DNA of 64,000 bases from Amphiscolops sp. MND2022 (GCA_964187785.1 OZ076409.1:9426001-9490000), one strand, 5' to 3'. Counted from the first letter of the stretch, positions 12,790 to 24,960 are shown. Notes: generated from the sequence alone by a model not told the origin. Made by a program: numbers and translations.

Positions 12790-14006
12790 TGGTGACAGGA
12801 GTCTCGAATCCACGACCATCAGGATCCCGAACAACACCACCCAACGGGACACCAAGGAGTGACGAAAGCATGCCGCAAATAGCAGATGTGATGACGGAAA
12901 TCCACCATCTCCGAAGTACAATGGGGGAAACCTTGACGCACCCAAAAATTCTGCAGACCCAAGTACCCCTATTCAAGGGAAACCGAGACAAATACAATGA
13001 ATTCGAGCATTTATTGCTCAACCACTTACGACCACATGCCCACAAACTAACCGAAGAACAAAAACTCAACTACTTCCAGAGTCTTCTCAGGGATGATGCA
13101 ATTGAGTTTTGGCAAACCCTAACAATCACAACAGAAACGACACTGAGAGATATACTGACGGCATTCAAAAAAGAATACGCAAAGGAAGAACTCTCAGAAG
13201 TCTCGAAGTTCAAATTCGACCAACTACGATACGATCCAGCTACTGAGTCATTCAGTACCTTCCTCGCCAATTACAAAAAGATTGCCAAACAAGCCTATGG
13301 CGAAAAAGCACAGGAAATCGTCCAGACTTTCCTATTTGCCAAATTACCCATCCAGCTCCAAAACGAACTGGCAATTGCAGGAAAACACAATGCCAGCATT
13401 GAAGACATCAAAACATTCGTCCAGAGAAGATGTCAATATGCCCAGTTACTACCAAACCAACAACTGCTCCAACCGTTCAATCAGGCTATTCAGACGCAAG
13501 AAGTCCCGAACAAGCCAGTCACCCAGAAACGAAATGAAACTGATCGACCAACAATCAAAAGGAAATTCGACGGCAACTGCAGATACTGTGCGATATACGG
13601 ACACAAATGGGCAGAATGCCGAAAACGACAGCGAGACGAGGCAGCAGGTAACAACAACTCCCAGGCACAGAAAAAGCCCGAACAACAGAACAACAACCAC
13701 GCAGAAACACAACCGAAATACAACGCCAAACTGGTCTGCCAAATCTGCGGATATACAGGCCATTCTGCAAAAGACTGTAGGCATAGAATACCTCAAACCT
13801 CTGCCTACGGAAGTGTGCCCTACAACAGGCAAACCACAACTGAAAACAGGGATTTCCGACGTGACTTTAGAAGAGCACACAACAGCCCTTACCCAGCAAA
13901 TGAAATGAATGACGTTGCACCAGGGGACCAACAACAACAAATCAGTGATGAATACTACCAACAGGACTTCATTGAACCATCATCTAGCCAGCCAAAAAAC
14001 TTCTAA
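12468..14006 (+). CDS. gag: E1 Gag (512 aa), starting inside the LTR, two CCHC zinc knuckles
   Basis: CRYCAIYGHKWAEC and CQICGYTGHSAKDC; capsid-like central region (KLNYFQSLLRDDAIEFW). Confidence 0.93.
   Translation: MVITRSQSSRNRQIDTENMDRTSDNESETSFPELLSREQMVDLDSDDVLTRRQNSSNYDIDRRFNEINRQIGDLTNIVLTLTNQFASVNGEGNRLNPVTTSTDSRSDMVTGVSNPRPSGSRTTPPNGTPRSDESMPQIADVMTEIHHLRSTMGETLTHPKILQTQVPLFKGNRDKYNEFEHLLLNHLRPHAHKLTEEQKLNYFQSLLRDDAIEFWQTLTITTETTLRDILTAFKKEYAKEELSEVSKFKFDQLRYDPATESFSTFLANYKKIAKQAYGEKAQEIVQTFLFAKLPIQLQNELAIAGKHNASIEDIKTFVQRRCQYAQLLPNQQLLQPFNQAIQTQEVPNKPVTQKRNETDRPTIKRKFDGNCRYCAIYGHKWAECRKRQRDEAAGNNNSQAQKKPEQQNNNHAETQPKYNAKLVCQICGYTGHSAKDCRHRIPQTSAYGSVPYNRQTTTENRDFRRDFRRAHNSPYPANEMNDVAPGDQQQQISDEYYQQDFIEPSSSQPKNF
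12790..12801 (+). promoter_or_regulatory. E1 primer binding site TGGTGACAGGAG (possibly tRNA-Leu-like)
   Basis: TGG immediately follows the LTR-terminal CA; the same 12-mer occurs in E3 at 52916-52927. The tRNA identity is a guess. Confidence 0.85.
13994..14000 (+). promoter_or_regulatory. E1 -1 ribosomal frameshift slippery site A AAA AAC
   Basis: X XXY YYZ heptamer in the gag frame just before the gag stop; the -1 frame is open from here into pol. Confidence 0.85.
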
Positions 14007-14041
14007 AGCCACGTCATTCGACCGACCACTACAATAACAAA

Positions 14042-17000
14042 GTGCGCAACACAAACAACTACTACTACACAAAAAACTACAAAAAATGGACAACTGATCT
14101 TCGGCAGGATCAGAAACCCATGACTTCAATTACCCACGAGACAACCAACAACGAAGCGAACTCCCCATCCGAACCAACGGATGTGAAATTACAACCGACA
14201 GAAGACGGACAGCACTCTAACTTGACTACGACGACTGACTGTACAAAGAAAACAACAAACCGAAAGAAGGACGTGGCGATCCAGGTGTTAACAGCAACAC
14301 TTCAGTTAAACAAAAAGGACAAGATGTTATACGTCCCATTGCAATTCAGAGCATACGAAAACCATGGACTCCTCGACACGGGAGCAATAAGAAGTGCCAT
14401 GTCAGAAGACGAACTCAGACGAATCCTGTCTGCACACCCAGCTGCACTCCTCGAAGAGTACCCAGCACCGGACTTCAAAGTCCAAATTGCAAACGGGAGC
14501 ATCGTCCCGGTCCGGAAACAGGTACTACTTCGCTTCTTCATCGGAGGTAAAGTATTCGAGGAAACCTTCATGATTCTCCCAACCATGGGTAACATCCTGA
14601 TTGGAATGTCATTTTTCAAAAAGTATTCGGTGACACTTGACCTTGCCAACAACGTAGTCAAGTTCCCGGATATTACCCTGCAGCTGAAACCAGAACGAGG
14701 ACGATACAAAATTCAGATGATCGAATTACGAACGACGCAGAAAACAGTCATACAACCGGACCATCAAATCATTGTCCCCGTCCTAGCAGAAAAGGACCTC
14801 GGGACAATCCAGGGCACTGTAGAAACCTTTCCAGCCTTTGAAAGAAAGACCCAACTACTAGTGTCCCCCGCCTTAACACAAATCACTGAGATGAAAAGCC
14901 ATGTCCAGATCACCAACCTTACCTGCCACACAATCACCCTTAACCCGAACACAACGGTGGCCACATTCAGAATAATGACCCCCAACCAGGCAAAGAACCT
15001 ACAACCGATGTCAAACGAACAATTGACACTGATCACCAAATACCCAGACGAAGCTGATAATGTACTAAACCAGCTGTTCCAAGAGCCTGGCACCGAAACC
15101 AACCGTCGATGGTACCCAACACCGGAGACCTGTGACGACCCGTCCAAGTTGAACCGCATTGAAAGACGGATATACGACGAAATCACTAAACTCCGTGAAG
15201 AAGAAAAACTGGACCCAACAGCAGACGATAAACAACGCCAGGAGTTCCTTGCCAGCTTCAAATGGGAAAACTCAATCCTGGATGAGCACGAACGACAACA
15301 GATTGAGAACCTCCTTGTGAAGTATAACAATGTGTTCGCCAGACACCGCCTTGACATAGGCATCAATACCGATTTCAAAATTAAACTTACCCCGAAGCAT
15401 GATGAGCCAGTTTACGCACAGAGTTTGCCCACACCCACAAATCTCAAAGACGACCTGCTCGTCGAACTAGCGCTGATGCAAGAGTACGGGATAATCACGA
15501 CGTTGCCATACAGCAAGTATTCCTCACCAATATTTGCTCAACGCAAACCCAATGGGAAACTTCGCATTCTTGTAGACCTGCGCAGAATCAACCACCTTTT
15601 GAAAAATGATTACAACCAACATAATCATCCAGTCACCACCATCGCCGACGCCGCCCAGCACATGGCAGGGAAGAAGTATTTCTGCAAGCTGGACTGTTCG
15701 CAGGCGTACCACTGTTTGCAGATGGCGGACGAACAATCCATACAACTCTTGGCATTTAATTTTGGAAGTCGAACCTTTGCTTATCTACGACTGGCACAAG
15801 GACTCAATCGATCCCTATCAGCATTCAACAGCACGGTGCGAGAATACGTCGACGCACTGGTGAAAGCGGATAAATGTGCCCAATATGTCGACGACATTGG
15901 GATTGCTGCCCACACTGTAGATGAGCTACTGTCAAACATTGAAGCTGTGTTCCAACAAATCCAAAAAGCAGGACTGAAATTGTCGATGTCAAAATGTGCG
16001 TTTGGCCACCCACAGATCGACTTCCTCGGAAGAAGCATCACATCAAAGGGTGTTGCCCCACTCGAAGACAAGATAGACAACTTCCTCAAGAAGATCAAAT
16101 TGCCCACATCAGTCAAATCCCTCCAAAGGTACATCGGGTTCGTCCAGTTCTACAGGCAGTACATACCACGCCTAGCAGAAAAACTCACCCCACTGTACAA
16201 ACTACTTCAAAAAGACGTCAAATTCCAGCTGACCCAGCAGCAAAAGGACATTATCTTCGAGATTAATGAAAACCTTGCCAAAGCCGCGAAACTTTCGCTG
16301 CGTCTGCCGTTACCCGATAAACAGCTTGTTATAATGTGTGACGCCAGCGAGCATGCGGCAGGATATGTCCTCCTGATAGAAGACTACACCGAAACTAACG
16401 ACGGACCAATGAAGACGTACGCACCAGTATCATTTGGATCCCAACGATTCACGGAGGGCCAAATGTCACTTACTATGTATGCAAAAGAATTCCTGGCAAT
16501 GCATTTTGCATTCGACGAATTTGCACACATACTCTGGGGTGTCAAGAAACCAACAATCGTAATGACGGACAATAAAGCACTAACCCGTTTCTTCCAGTCC
16601 AAACGAATTCCACCGAAGCTATGGAATTACTGCGATCAGACGCTTCAATTTGAATTCGTACTTGCCCATGTTCCCGGAACCGAGAATCCTGCTGCAGACT
16701 ACCTGTCTCGTCTAGACATACGACCGGAGGAGAGAATCCACCTCAAACTCAACGACGAGATACCAGTCTTCCACGTCGAGATCGATCTGGCGTCACGAAC
16801 ACCGAAGCAGGACGAAGAAGAAGAAGAATACATACCTGATGACCAACAAACCACCACCACCAAACAAAATGAAGCCATCAACGCCATACTGGACCAGGTC
16901 CCCATATGCAGTGACGAATCGAGTGGACAGTTTCGCGAGAGGATTGAAACCATCCGTCATCAGATCACACCCATCATCACAGGGCAGCATGACGAGATGA

Positions 17001-18799
17001 CGTTCACCCGATTCAGGCGAAAGCTTCATGACAACGTGGTAAACCAGGTATGCCCCAATGGGGAGTTTCAAATCATCCAGGACCAAGCCGTAAACCTTGA
17101 CATCCAACGCATGATTAGAATTTTGAACCAAAAGGAAACCCTTCCTAATCATGTGAACTTTGAAAGTCAGTTTTTCCAAAAACTAGTTAAAAACAAGAAA
17201 AGACTTGAAGTAGTGAACAACGTTTTGTACAGGAACTTTTTCGATGGTACAGGTAAAATTAAGTGTAAACAAATTGTCACCCCCTCTGAAACAATTCGGA
17301 AAATCATTCAATCCCTGCATGATGACCCTCTGCAAGGTCACCCTGGCTGTAACAAAATGCTCCACGAACTGCGTAAAAGGTACTACTCACCAAACCTCTC
17401 TGAACTGGTACTGCAATACGTCTCGAACTGCCAGGACTGCATCCGCTCAAAACCAATCCGGAAAGCTGAAATCACACCACCACTCCAACAAATATACGAC
17501 CCCTGCAACGGACCAGAAGACATACTAGAAATCGATTTAGTCGGTGAACTCCCACCTTCCAACGGATTCACACACATCCTCACTGCATGCGACTACTTTT
17601 CTAGGTACCTCTTCGCAATACCAATCCGTAAACCGGACACGAAGTCGGTCGTCGAAGCACTCATGCAAATCTTCACGCAGCACTCGTACGTACCCAAAAC
17701 AATCTTAACTGACAAAGGAACGACATTCACATCTCAACTACTCACCGCTCTGATGGAGTCTGCCGGTATAAAAATCGAACACGCCTCTGTAAAGCACGCA
17801 CAAACGATTGGGATGGTTGAACGTTCACACCAAAAACTAAAACAAATTCTCAAAATCAACGTCTCAGCCGATTCACCACAATGGCACAAATACGTAAACA
17901 TGGCCGTGATGGCCCATAACACAACCTACCACCAGGCTATCCGATGCACACCCACTGAAGTTTTCCACGGACGCATTCCGTTCAATGCTCTTGACGTCAA
18001 ATTTGGCCATCCATTAACTGAACAACGCAACACCACTGACGTCACTGGAATACTAGATAACATGAACAAAAAATTCCAACAAACACATGACAACATAATC
18101 GAAGCCTTCCACAAATACAAGAATTACTACGACCGAAAAGCGCAAGCTTCACCTCTGAAAGTAAATGATTTCACCTTTCTGCTAAACAAAAGACTGTCTC
18201 AACAATCTGACAAAATTCCTTTCAAGGAATTCAAGTGGGAAGGCCCGTACAAAGTGGTAAAAGTCTTGTCCAATTCAAATTACATTATACGTAAGATTGG
18301 AACTCTTCGCACCCAATGCGTCCACAGAATGAGGCTCCGCCCATTTACACCAAACGCACCAATTGAAGACATTCAAGACGATACATCACAATACTATGAG
18401 GATCCTGACGCCCTCAACGAGCAGGAGTTGTTCGACAACCACCTACCCGATCACGTCCACGAACAACCACAACAAGCAATACCTGAACAATCGGACTTCG
18501 AAGAACTACATGCTGACCATGGAATGATATACTATGAACGCCATAGCCTAGAACCTGATCAAAACATTTCCATACCTGAAAGCCGAGCTGAAACACAAGA
18601 ACCACAACCGGATAATGTTAGCATGAACAATTCCGAACGCCAAACAAACGACTGCCCTCCAGCGACATCGCGAAACACCATGTCTCGATACGGGCTCAGA
18701 CACAACCCAAAACCTACCACGTACCCCGATTTCCTAATGCACGAATTACATGGAACGCCTTCGCTTCAACAGCTGCTTCTGAAAAACAGAAACCTATAA
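14042..18799 (+). CDS. pol: E1 Pol (PR-RT-RNase H-IN), intact; frame open from about 14000 and probably expressed as Gag-Pol
   Basis: LLDTGA protease; QYVDDIG reverse transcriptase; CDASEHAAG/TDNKAL RNase H; H..H..CQDC zinc finger; integrase IDLVG, TDKGTTF, MVERSH; GPY motif. Confidence 0.97.
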   Translation: MRNTNNYYYTKNYKKWTTDLRQDQKPMTSITHETTNNEANSPSEPTDVKLQPTEDGQHSNLTTTTDCTKKTTNRKKDVAIQVLTATLQLNKKDKMLYVPLQFRAYENHGLLDTGAIRSAMSEDELRRILSAHPAALLEEYPAPDFKVQIANGSIVPVRKQVLLRFFIGGKVFEETFMILPTMGNILIGMSFFKKYSVTLDLANNVVKFPDITLQLKPERGRYKIQMIELRTTQKTVIQPDHQIIVPVLAEKDLGTIQGTVETFPAFERKTQLLVSPALTQITEMKSHVQITNLTCHTITLNPNTTVATFRIMTPNQAKNLQPMSNEQLTLITKYPDEADNVLNQLFQEPGTETNRRWYPTPETCDDPSKLNRIERRIYDEITKLREEEKLDPTADDKQRQEFLASFKWENSILDEHERQQIENLLVKYNNVFARHRLDIGINTDFKIKLTPKHDEPVYAQSLPTPTNLKDDLLVELALMQEYGIITTLPYSKYSSPIFAQRKPNGKLRILVDLRRINHLLKNDYNQHNHPVTTIADAAQHMAGKKYFCKLDCSQAYHCLQMADEQSIQLLAFNFGSRTFAYLRLAQGLNRSLSAFNSTVREYVDALVKADKCAQYVDDIGIAAHTVDELLSNIEAVFQQIQKAGLKLSMSKCAFGHPQIDFLGRSITSKGVAPLEDKIDNFLKKIKLPTSVKSLQRYIGFVQFYRQYIPRLAEKLTPLYKLLQKDVKFQLTQQQKDIIFEINENLAKAAKLSLRLPLPDKQLVIMCDASEHAAGYVLLIEDYTETNDGPMKTYAPVSFGSQRFTEGQMSLTMYAKEFLAMHFAFDEFAHILWGVKKPTIVMTDNKALTRFFQSKRIPPKLWNYCDQTLQFEFVLAHVPGTENPAADYLSRLDIRPEERIHLKLNDEIPVFHVEIDLASRTPKQDEEEEEYIPDDQQTTTTKQNEAINAILDQVPICSDESSGQFRERIETIRHQITPIITGQHDEMTFTRFRRKLHDNVVNQVCPNGEFQIIQDQAVNLDIQRMIRILNQKETLPNHVNFESQFFQKLVKNKKRLEVVNNVLYRNFFDGTGKIKCKQIVTPSETIRKIIQSLHDDPLQGHPGCNKMLHELRKRYYSPNLSELVLQYVSNCQDCIRSKPIRKAEITPPLQQIYDPCNGPEDILEIDLVGELPPSNGFTHILTACDYFSRYLFAIPIRKPDTKSVVEALMQIFTQHSYVPKTILTDKGTTFTSQLLTALMESAGIKIEHASVKHAQTIGMVERSHQKLKQILKINVSADSPQWHKYVNMAVMAHNTTYHQAIRCTPTEVFHGRIPFNALDVKFGHPLTEQRNTTDVTGILDNMNKKFQQTHDNIIEAFHKYKNYYDRKAQASPLKVNDFTFLLNKRLSQQSDKIPFKEFKWEGPYKVVKVLSNSNYIIRKIGTLRTQCVHRMRLRPFTPNAPIEDIQDDTSQYYEDPDALNEQELFDNHLPDHVHEQPQQAIPEQSDFEELHADHGMIYYERHSLEPDQNISIPESRAETQEPQPDNVSMNNSERQTNDCPPATSRNTMSRYGLRHNPKPTTYPDFLMHELHGTPSLQQLLLKNRNL

Positions 18800-20682
18800 A
18801 AACACCCACCCATAATCACACTTATTAAACCAATGACTGCTAACAACAGTCACCAACAGCCTTTCTATCTGACCGTAAAGGTAATTGTTTTACAATTACA
18901 CCCTAGTACACCAAGCATCCAGCAAACAATAGTGAAAGCTCTGAACAACCTAGCAAACACTTCAATAAACGACCGTTCACTTCCGTCGTCGCTGTGTAAA
19001 CTATCTAATCTATCAGCACCAATTGTTAGCGAAACAACCAAATAGTAAAGTAACGACTGCACAAGCCTATCATTCCAACACTCGCGGTCCGGAAGTACAT
19101 GTAACGCGCAAAAGTGTGAACGATAATTTATTCAATTCGCACCAAATTTACTACATCCACAACCGGAACTAAAGCAATTTGCTTAGCAAAATCTTGATGC
19201 ATAACTAACGAAACGTGAACGAAAACAACGTTCCCTACAAACGCAACAAACTAACAATGATGATCTGCTGCCTGGCAAACGTTAGGACAACATAACCAAT
19301 ACCCCACCTATCTCGCTTTAGACTCATAGTTCTGGCTGTGTGGGTGCGTCGTCAAAAGCGTGCTTGTGTGGTTGGTCATACATACAGATGAAGGTTGCTC
19401 TTTAGCAACTGGATTCAGTGTTAGTTTTGTATAGGTGGTTCCGACGGGAATTCACCTTTCCCAATGAACTGAACATTTAAACTGAAAACTAATCACCAGA
19501 AACTAACAGAACGCCGGTACGAACAAGAACTTACCAACTCCCGAAAACAATGATCGCCCGGCCCCTTACACGTAACCTAGGATGCGAAGGCTTTGCCTCT
19601 TTAGGGAAAAGAGTAAGGAGTACGCGGCCCCAAAAAGCTACTTAACGAGGAAACCTAAACATGTCCATCCTTCCCAGCCTAACAACTTGGTACCACTGCA
19701 GTTAACATAACGTAAGAACTCGCGATCTTGACGACACACATCACGTGTGATGACGTCCCAGGACACACATCAACGATGATGACGTCGCAAACATAGACCG
19801 CCGCATGTAATAAATCGAAACACCAACATACATGTAAAGTAGTCCCTAGAACTTATAACACGTAACACTTACATGCATACCTAATAAGTCATGTATCAAG
19901 CCAAGGATCCACCCCTTGGGAATTCAGCCTTGGAAATGAGCGAGCTGCTCAGTCACGTACCTCGCGGCGCGGTGCTAAGGACCGAAAGCCACAGTCATCC
20001 TGTCTCGTTACCATTCTCGAGCATTCACGAACAACGAAGAGGAGGACTTGACTTTCGAGTACCATGCACAGCACAGCTTGGCGCGTGAACAATTTTTATG
20101 TCGGTGGTTACCGCGGTGACCACCATAACCATCATGAACTTGCTGGAAAAATTCACTTAAGACGACGCAACAAATAGAGCGAAACACCGCATGAAACTAT
20201 AGTCAAGGTATGGGTAACCCCATACAACCACCCAAGAACGATAGAGGTAGTTTAGCATCATGGACACATAGATACTCCAAAAACACGCGAAGAAGAAACC
20301 GTTTAAAACAACCCTAGATTTCACGCACTACAGAAAAACAAATCGTTCCTAGACTACATTACACCAACGAAGAAAAAATGACGAGTACATGCAGTCAGAC
20401 TGAACACTACAACATGCAAAAATTCATTTTTTTTCCCTACATGCAACAAACCGCTAATAACGCCCTAACTGCCCAGTACTACAGAAAAACAGAGAAAAGT
20501 TTTGGACGGCAGAAACCATCTAACTAAATTACTACATCATGTAAGACCAACTCAGGCCATAATAAAACACAGCATAACATCAAAACACAATATCAATATG
20601 TAATCAACATGTAAAAAGTTCTGCAAACAAATTAACAAGCCAAGTAGCAAAATCTGATTACTGCGACAAACCTGGAAGATAA

Positions 20683-23600
20683 CTAATACTCTTTGGAACG
20701 ACTACCATCTTCCTCATCACTGCTCTCCTCTAACGTGAAAGAACGCCCGCCAGCCGACTCAGGTTCAGTTTCAACAGTAGCTAATGTACGTTTTCCTTTC
20801 TTGCCTGGTTTCCCTCCCGTTCTCTGACCACGATTGCTTCCAGACGTCTTACAGGCAGATTTACGTTTTGAAGCTGAAGTACTCGGGCCCTCTGTTGGTA
20901 ACACGACTTCAGCCTGCAACTTAGGCGCTTGCGACACAGAAAGCCTTGCTCGCCCAGGACTCCGATGAAGAGCAATTGGGCTCGAATCCATTGTGCGCAA
21001 CTGATCACACACTATAGACCTATAATTGTCGACAACAGGACGAGCTGGGAGACCACCAGTCGATTCCAGAACACCCAGGCAGCGATCCAGTAGTTCATCA
21101 ATACCCCTCTTGACCAGCTGGTCCCAGGGAATAGCCCTTGCTACATCGGACAGACGAGAAACCTGCATGTCAGTATTATTGCAGTGCCTGACAAATCCAA
21201 TCATAGAGCGGCGTGAATGCCCACTAAACCCACTTGACATCCAGCTCCGAACTATGTGAAGACTGGACAACATGATGCCATCACTAAGAGCAGTGTTTCC
21301 CACATCCTGGAAATTGGCGACATATGGGTCATGAAGCATCCCCACAAACAGAATCTCCATTATGCCCTGGAATTCCTGGCACCGGTCCCACGAAGGGTAT
21401 GACAACCACAAGGACACGGCGTCGTCAATGACCGGCACCCCCGAGACACTGGACTCCCAACGGCGCTGAAAATAGGTGACCACTTCCCGATATTGTTGAA
21501 TGACGATGGCCCCCTGGTCTCCACTGCAAAGATCACCGAAGCTTAACACCGAGAGCGTACCCACGAGTATGTCCGTCAATCGATCCATGGACATCAGCTG
21601 AATCGCATGAGGATCCAACGGCAATAAGCTCAGATGCTTCACCCACCCCTGATCATAGTCGCAGATGCACATTTCACAGATAGCCCTCAGGAAATTTTGT
21701 ACTTCTTTGTAGAAGAACGACTTTTGACTGACAACGTCGAACCGGAAGTACTGACCAAACAACACTTCAAATCGGGCTTTGTTCACTGGCTCACTCTCTC
21801 CCAGTCGCATCTTCAGTACGGCAAGTACCTCGAAATCGGGTGGTATTGTTGCAGACTCGACCACTAGAGACAATAACTCCCGAAGGAAAGCAGCCAGCTC
21901 ACGCTCAAACCATAGGTTCCGATCCCGCCCAGCAGAACACAAACGGGGACACTTGGCAACAACTGAAACATACAGATGATCCCTGACCAACATGTTGAAA
22001 CACTCAACAACACACCCTACCAGCCCGAACGTCCTAACTCCCTCACAATCCACTCATCAACCACATAGCAGAAAGGAAAAATAACCATAGAGTGGATGTA
22101 CTCGGACACAGAAATAAGCACAGCATTTATACTGACCTGTCTCAGCGAGAAACTTCAACACTGCGAACCGCGGCCTGGACATGGCATCACTGAAGACCTG
22201 CGTCTCCATACTTGCAATATTGCGGGTCTCAGAAACTGTCTGCGAACGGTGACCACCAAAGTATGCCCCGAGATCGTCCCACCGATCCACAATTTCCGTG
22301 CACAGAACTGCTAACTCCCGGAAACATGCAGCACCACCACGAACGAACTAAAACAAAACAGCATAAAATTATATACAGTGCATGACTAAAAGCCTCCACA
22401 CCCAAGCGTACCAGTCATCACAAACGAGGAAAACACATACACACCAGACCAACCCACCCCCCCACCCGAATGACTAAATACTGCTTGAATTACCTCTCGA
22501 AGTCTGGGCATATTGTCGAAGGATGACTCTCCGATGACTGCAGAAAGCCGGAACCGAAAATATTCCAAAACGCAGAAGGGTTCAAGTCCACTCAAGTGCT
22601 GCAGGAAACTACGGCGAAGCAAGTCCCTCAACCAGACCACATCCAGACGACGAGTCACTACAGGCATGATCGGATGTGCAATGCTCGCCAATGCCCGCCC
22701 AAGACGCAGATTCTCGCCTACGCTAATCGCACATAAACCAGCATGCGACTCCACACAAGCCAGAACGGAGACAAGAATCCTCAGCAGGGTTTGTTCCCAC
22801 TCAGCGCCACCAGGAATCGCAACCAGAACCACAACCTTGATAGTCACAGAGGCGAAGATGTGACAGTCCACACGCTTCAATGGCCCATCAGTGCGGACAT
22901 GTAAGCCAAACCGCACCCCAGAAGAGAGAAGATCACTGACTTTCTCGACAACGAACGGATAGAGACCGTATAACACGAGACTCTGCAACAAAACGAAAAC
23001 CATGTCACTCACCACATAGTAAAGCATATTTTGTTCAAAATAAGACAAACCCATTATCCAACTACGTACAAACACCACGAGACACAGGCATACCAATAGC
23101 AACTTCAAACAAAAAAAAAAAAAAAAGACAAAATGATAAAAAAGGTATTACCTGACATTTCGGGTAAGATAGCGCCCTCTCAGCGAACACCAGCTCTCCC
23201 CGCATACTGCTGACCCATGACTCCATGGCTCGGACCACACTTGGAAACGTTTGAAGCTCGACGAAATTGCTTATGAAACAACAGAGCCAGAGGTACGAAG
23301 CACTAGACTCCGATAACTCGGGCTTAGCTCCTGCAGCCTCCTCCTCGCGCTCTATCGCAATTCTCTCCTCCACTGTCAGTTTCACATCAGATTCTAGGAT
23401 GACAGGCGGCTCTGATACTCTCGCGGCGCGAATCCTCCTATCCTCCTCCAAGGACACAGGCCTGCAGGACTTGTCCAACAAAGGCATATTGGACATGATC
23501 CGAAAACGCTGCTCAAGCCGGGTGTGCTCACGTCCCTTCCAATGGTCCCACAAGTTGTGCAGACCACGTCCGGCAATACTGAGATCGACGCGGCACAGAC

Positions 23601-24960
23601 GACATCTTGCATAACCATCGACCACCCGTTTGTTCCGGGGGAAACCAACGAAGGTCCCCACTACCCCAGACACAAAAAACGAAGGCTTGAGAGTCTTAAC
23701 AGCACGCTTCCGACCTGCTAAAACACACAACACCACATGTAAAACTTCAAAAAAAAAAAAAAAAAAAAAAAAAACTGCGTTTGTCACCAACTATTAGTAG
23801 TATGTTGTATATAATTAGTCCTACCCTACCACTAAAACCCCCCACATGATCTTTTGAGAGTTCTTACCAGGCTTTGATGTGGAGGCAACAGCACACGATG
23901 TCCCCCCAGAAGGCACAACACTTCTCTCACCAAACTCAGAGGGAACACCCGACTCTGATGGCGCACGACGATCTTCTCCACCAAAGAGGCTTCCGGCCAC
24001 AGAACGTGGGAGAGATGGCACATCATCACTCCGGGAAGCCACGGGAGCGTGACGCAGATCTTGTATTGCCTCTTTCAGCTTACTTAAGAACTCCTCCACA
24101 GCAAGGGCACCCACTGTCCCCAGTTGGCCGAGGCGGGACTCTACTGCAGCTTTCACCCAATGCTGTATCTCTTTCTCCACACGACGGAACAATTCAGCGA
24201 ATTGCCCCTCGACGACCTCAGCTCTGATGTTTGCATCTGCAAAGTTATCCACAACTCACAGAACTTACCTTGGACTCAATGCCTGAAGACCCCTATCATC
24301 AATTTATTATAGAACAGCAAACCACACACGGCGTGCAATTGGTACTTTGGACAAAAGCCCCCCCCCTACGAATAACCTAGATTATAATGCTAACAACAAA
24401 TAACGGGGTAACAGCTAATAGCCTTTGATACCAGAAAAATGTGAATAAACCTACCCATATGAGATGACAGAAAGGCATCTAGACGATGAAGGATGGACGC
24501 CGAATCTATTCCTGGACTCCCAACAGTCCCAGCAGCAACCGAAGCACGATACCGACGTAAATAGTCGGTCACGTCTGACATGTTGACATCGGCTACAAGA
24601 ACGCAATACCCTTAGTTACAAGATTATGACCAAACACTCCCTAACACTACAGGCACTATCTTGGGCAGACGACAAACTGATGATATTACCGCTTACTCAC
24701 ACTAAAAGCAAAATACGAGAGCCACACTTACCGAATTCCTGGGACAAGACGACGTCCAATAAATCGCCCAAACCAGCAATGTTTAATGATGATACGCGAG
24801 TTGCAAACTGGCAACATTGACTTGTCTCCAACATAAGATCGGGCAAATTCAGCCCGCCTCCACCTAGCTCAGCCCCCTGCATGGCCATCTGATCTTCAAC
24901 TTCAGTAACCATCTCCTCCAATTCGGGCCCGAACGACTGATTTGCCTCATCTTCCAACAT
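20683..24960 (-). CDS. E1 antisense spliced gene, predicted 7 exons (24960-24732, 24592-24455, 24236-23868, 23717-23152, 22982-22494, 22347-22137, 21962-20683), about 1093 aa; BED-like zinc finger, hAT-transposase-like
   Basis: All six introns are GT-AG with matching phases (1,1,1,0,0,1); the joined 3282 nt has no internal stop. Zinc finger CRLCRVDLSIAGRGLHNLWDHWKGREH; EIVDRWDDLGAYF motif; homologous gene in E3. Confidence 0.78.

Noticed and set aside
14720..14990. dUTPase between protease and RT
   Set aside because: The beta-rich segment is reminiscent of a dUTPase-like relic, but I could not recognise the catalytic motifs; a profile search is needed.
12638..18605. Many short antisense or alternative-frame ORFs over E1 gag-pol, and likewise over E2 and E3
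   Set aside because: Shadow ORFs caused by codon bias; no independent motifs recognised.
22017..22053. GTG start or upstream acceptor for the last exon of the E1 antisense gene
   Set aside because: An in-frame TGA lies just upstream; the TTTCAG acceptor at 21965-21963 is stronger and gives spacing that matches the E3 homologue.
24269..24282. 14-nt micro-exon in the E1 antisense gene (CAG|GCATTGAGTCCAAG|GTAAGT)
   Set aside because: The splice signals look good, but inclusion leaves a 32-nt intron and shifts the frame of the next exon. Left out of the model, though alternative splicing cannot be excluded.
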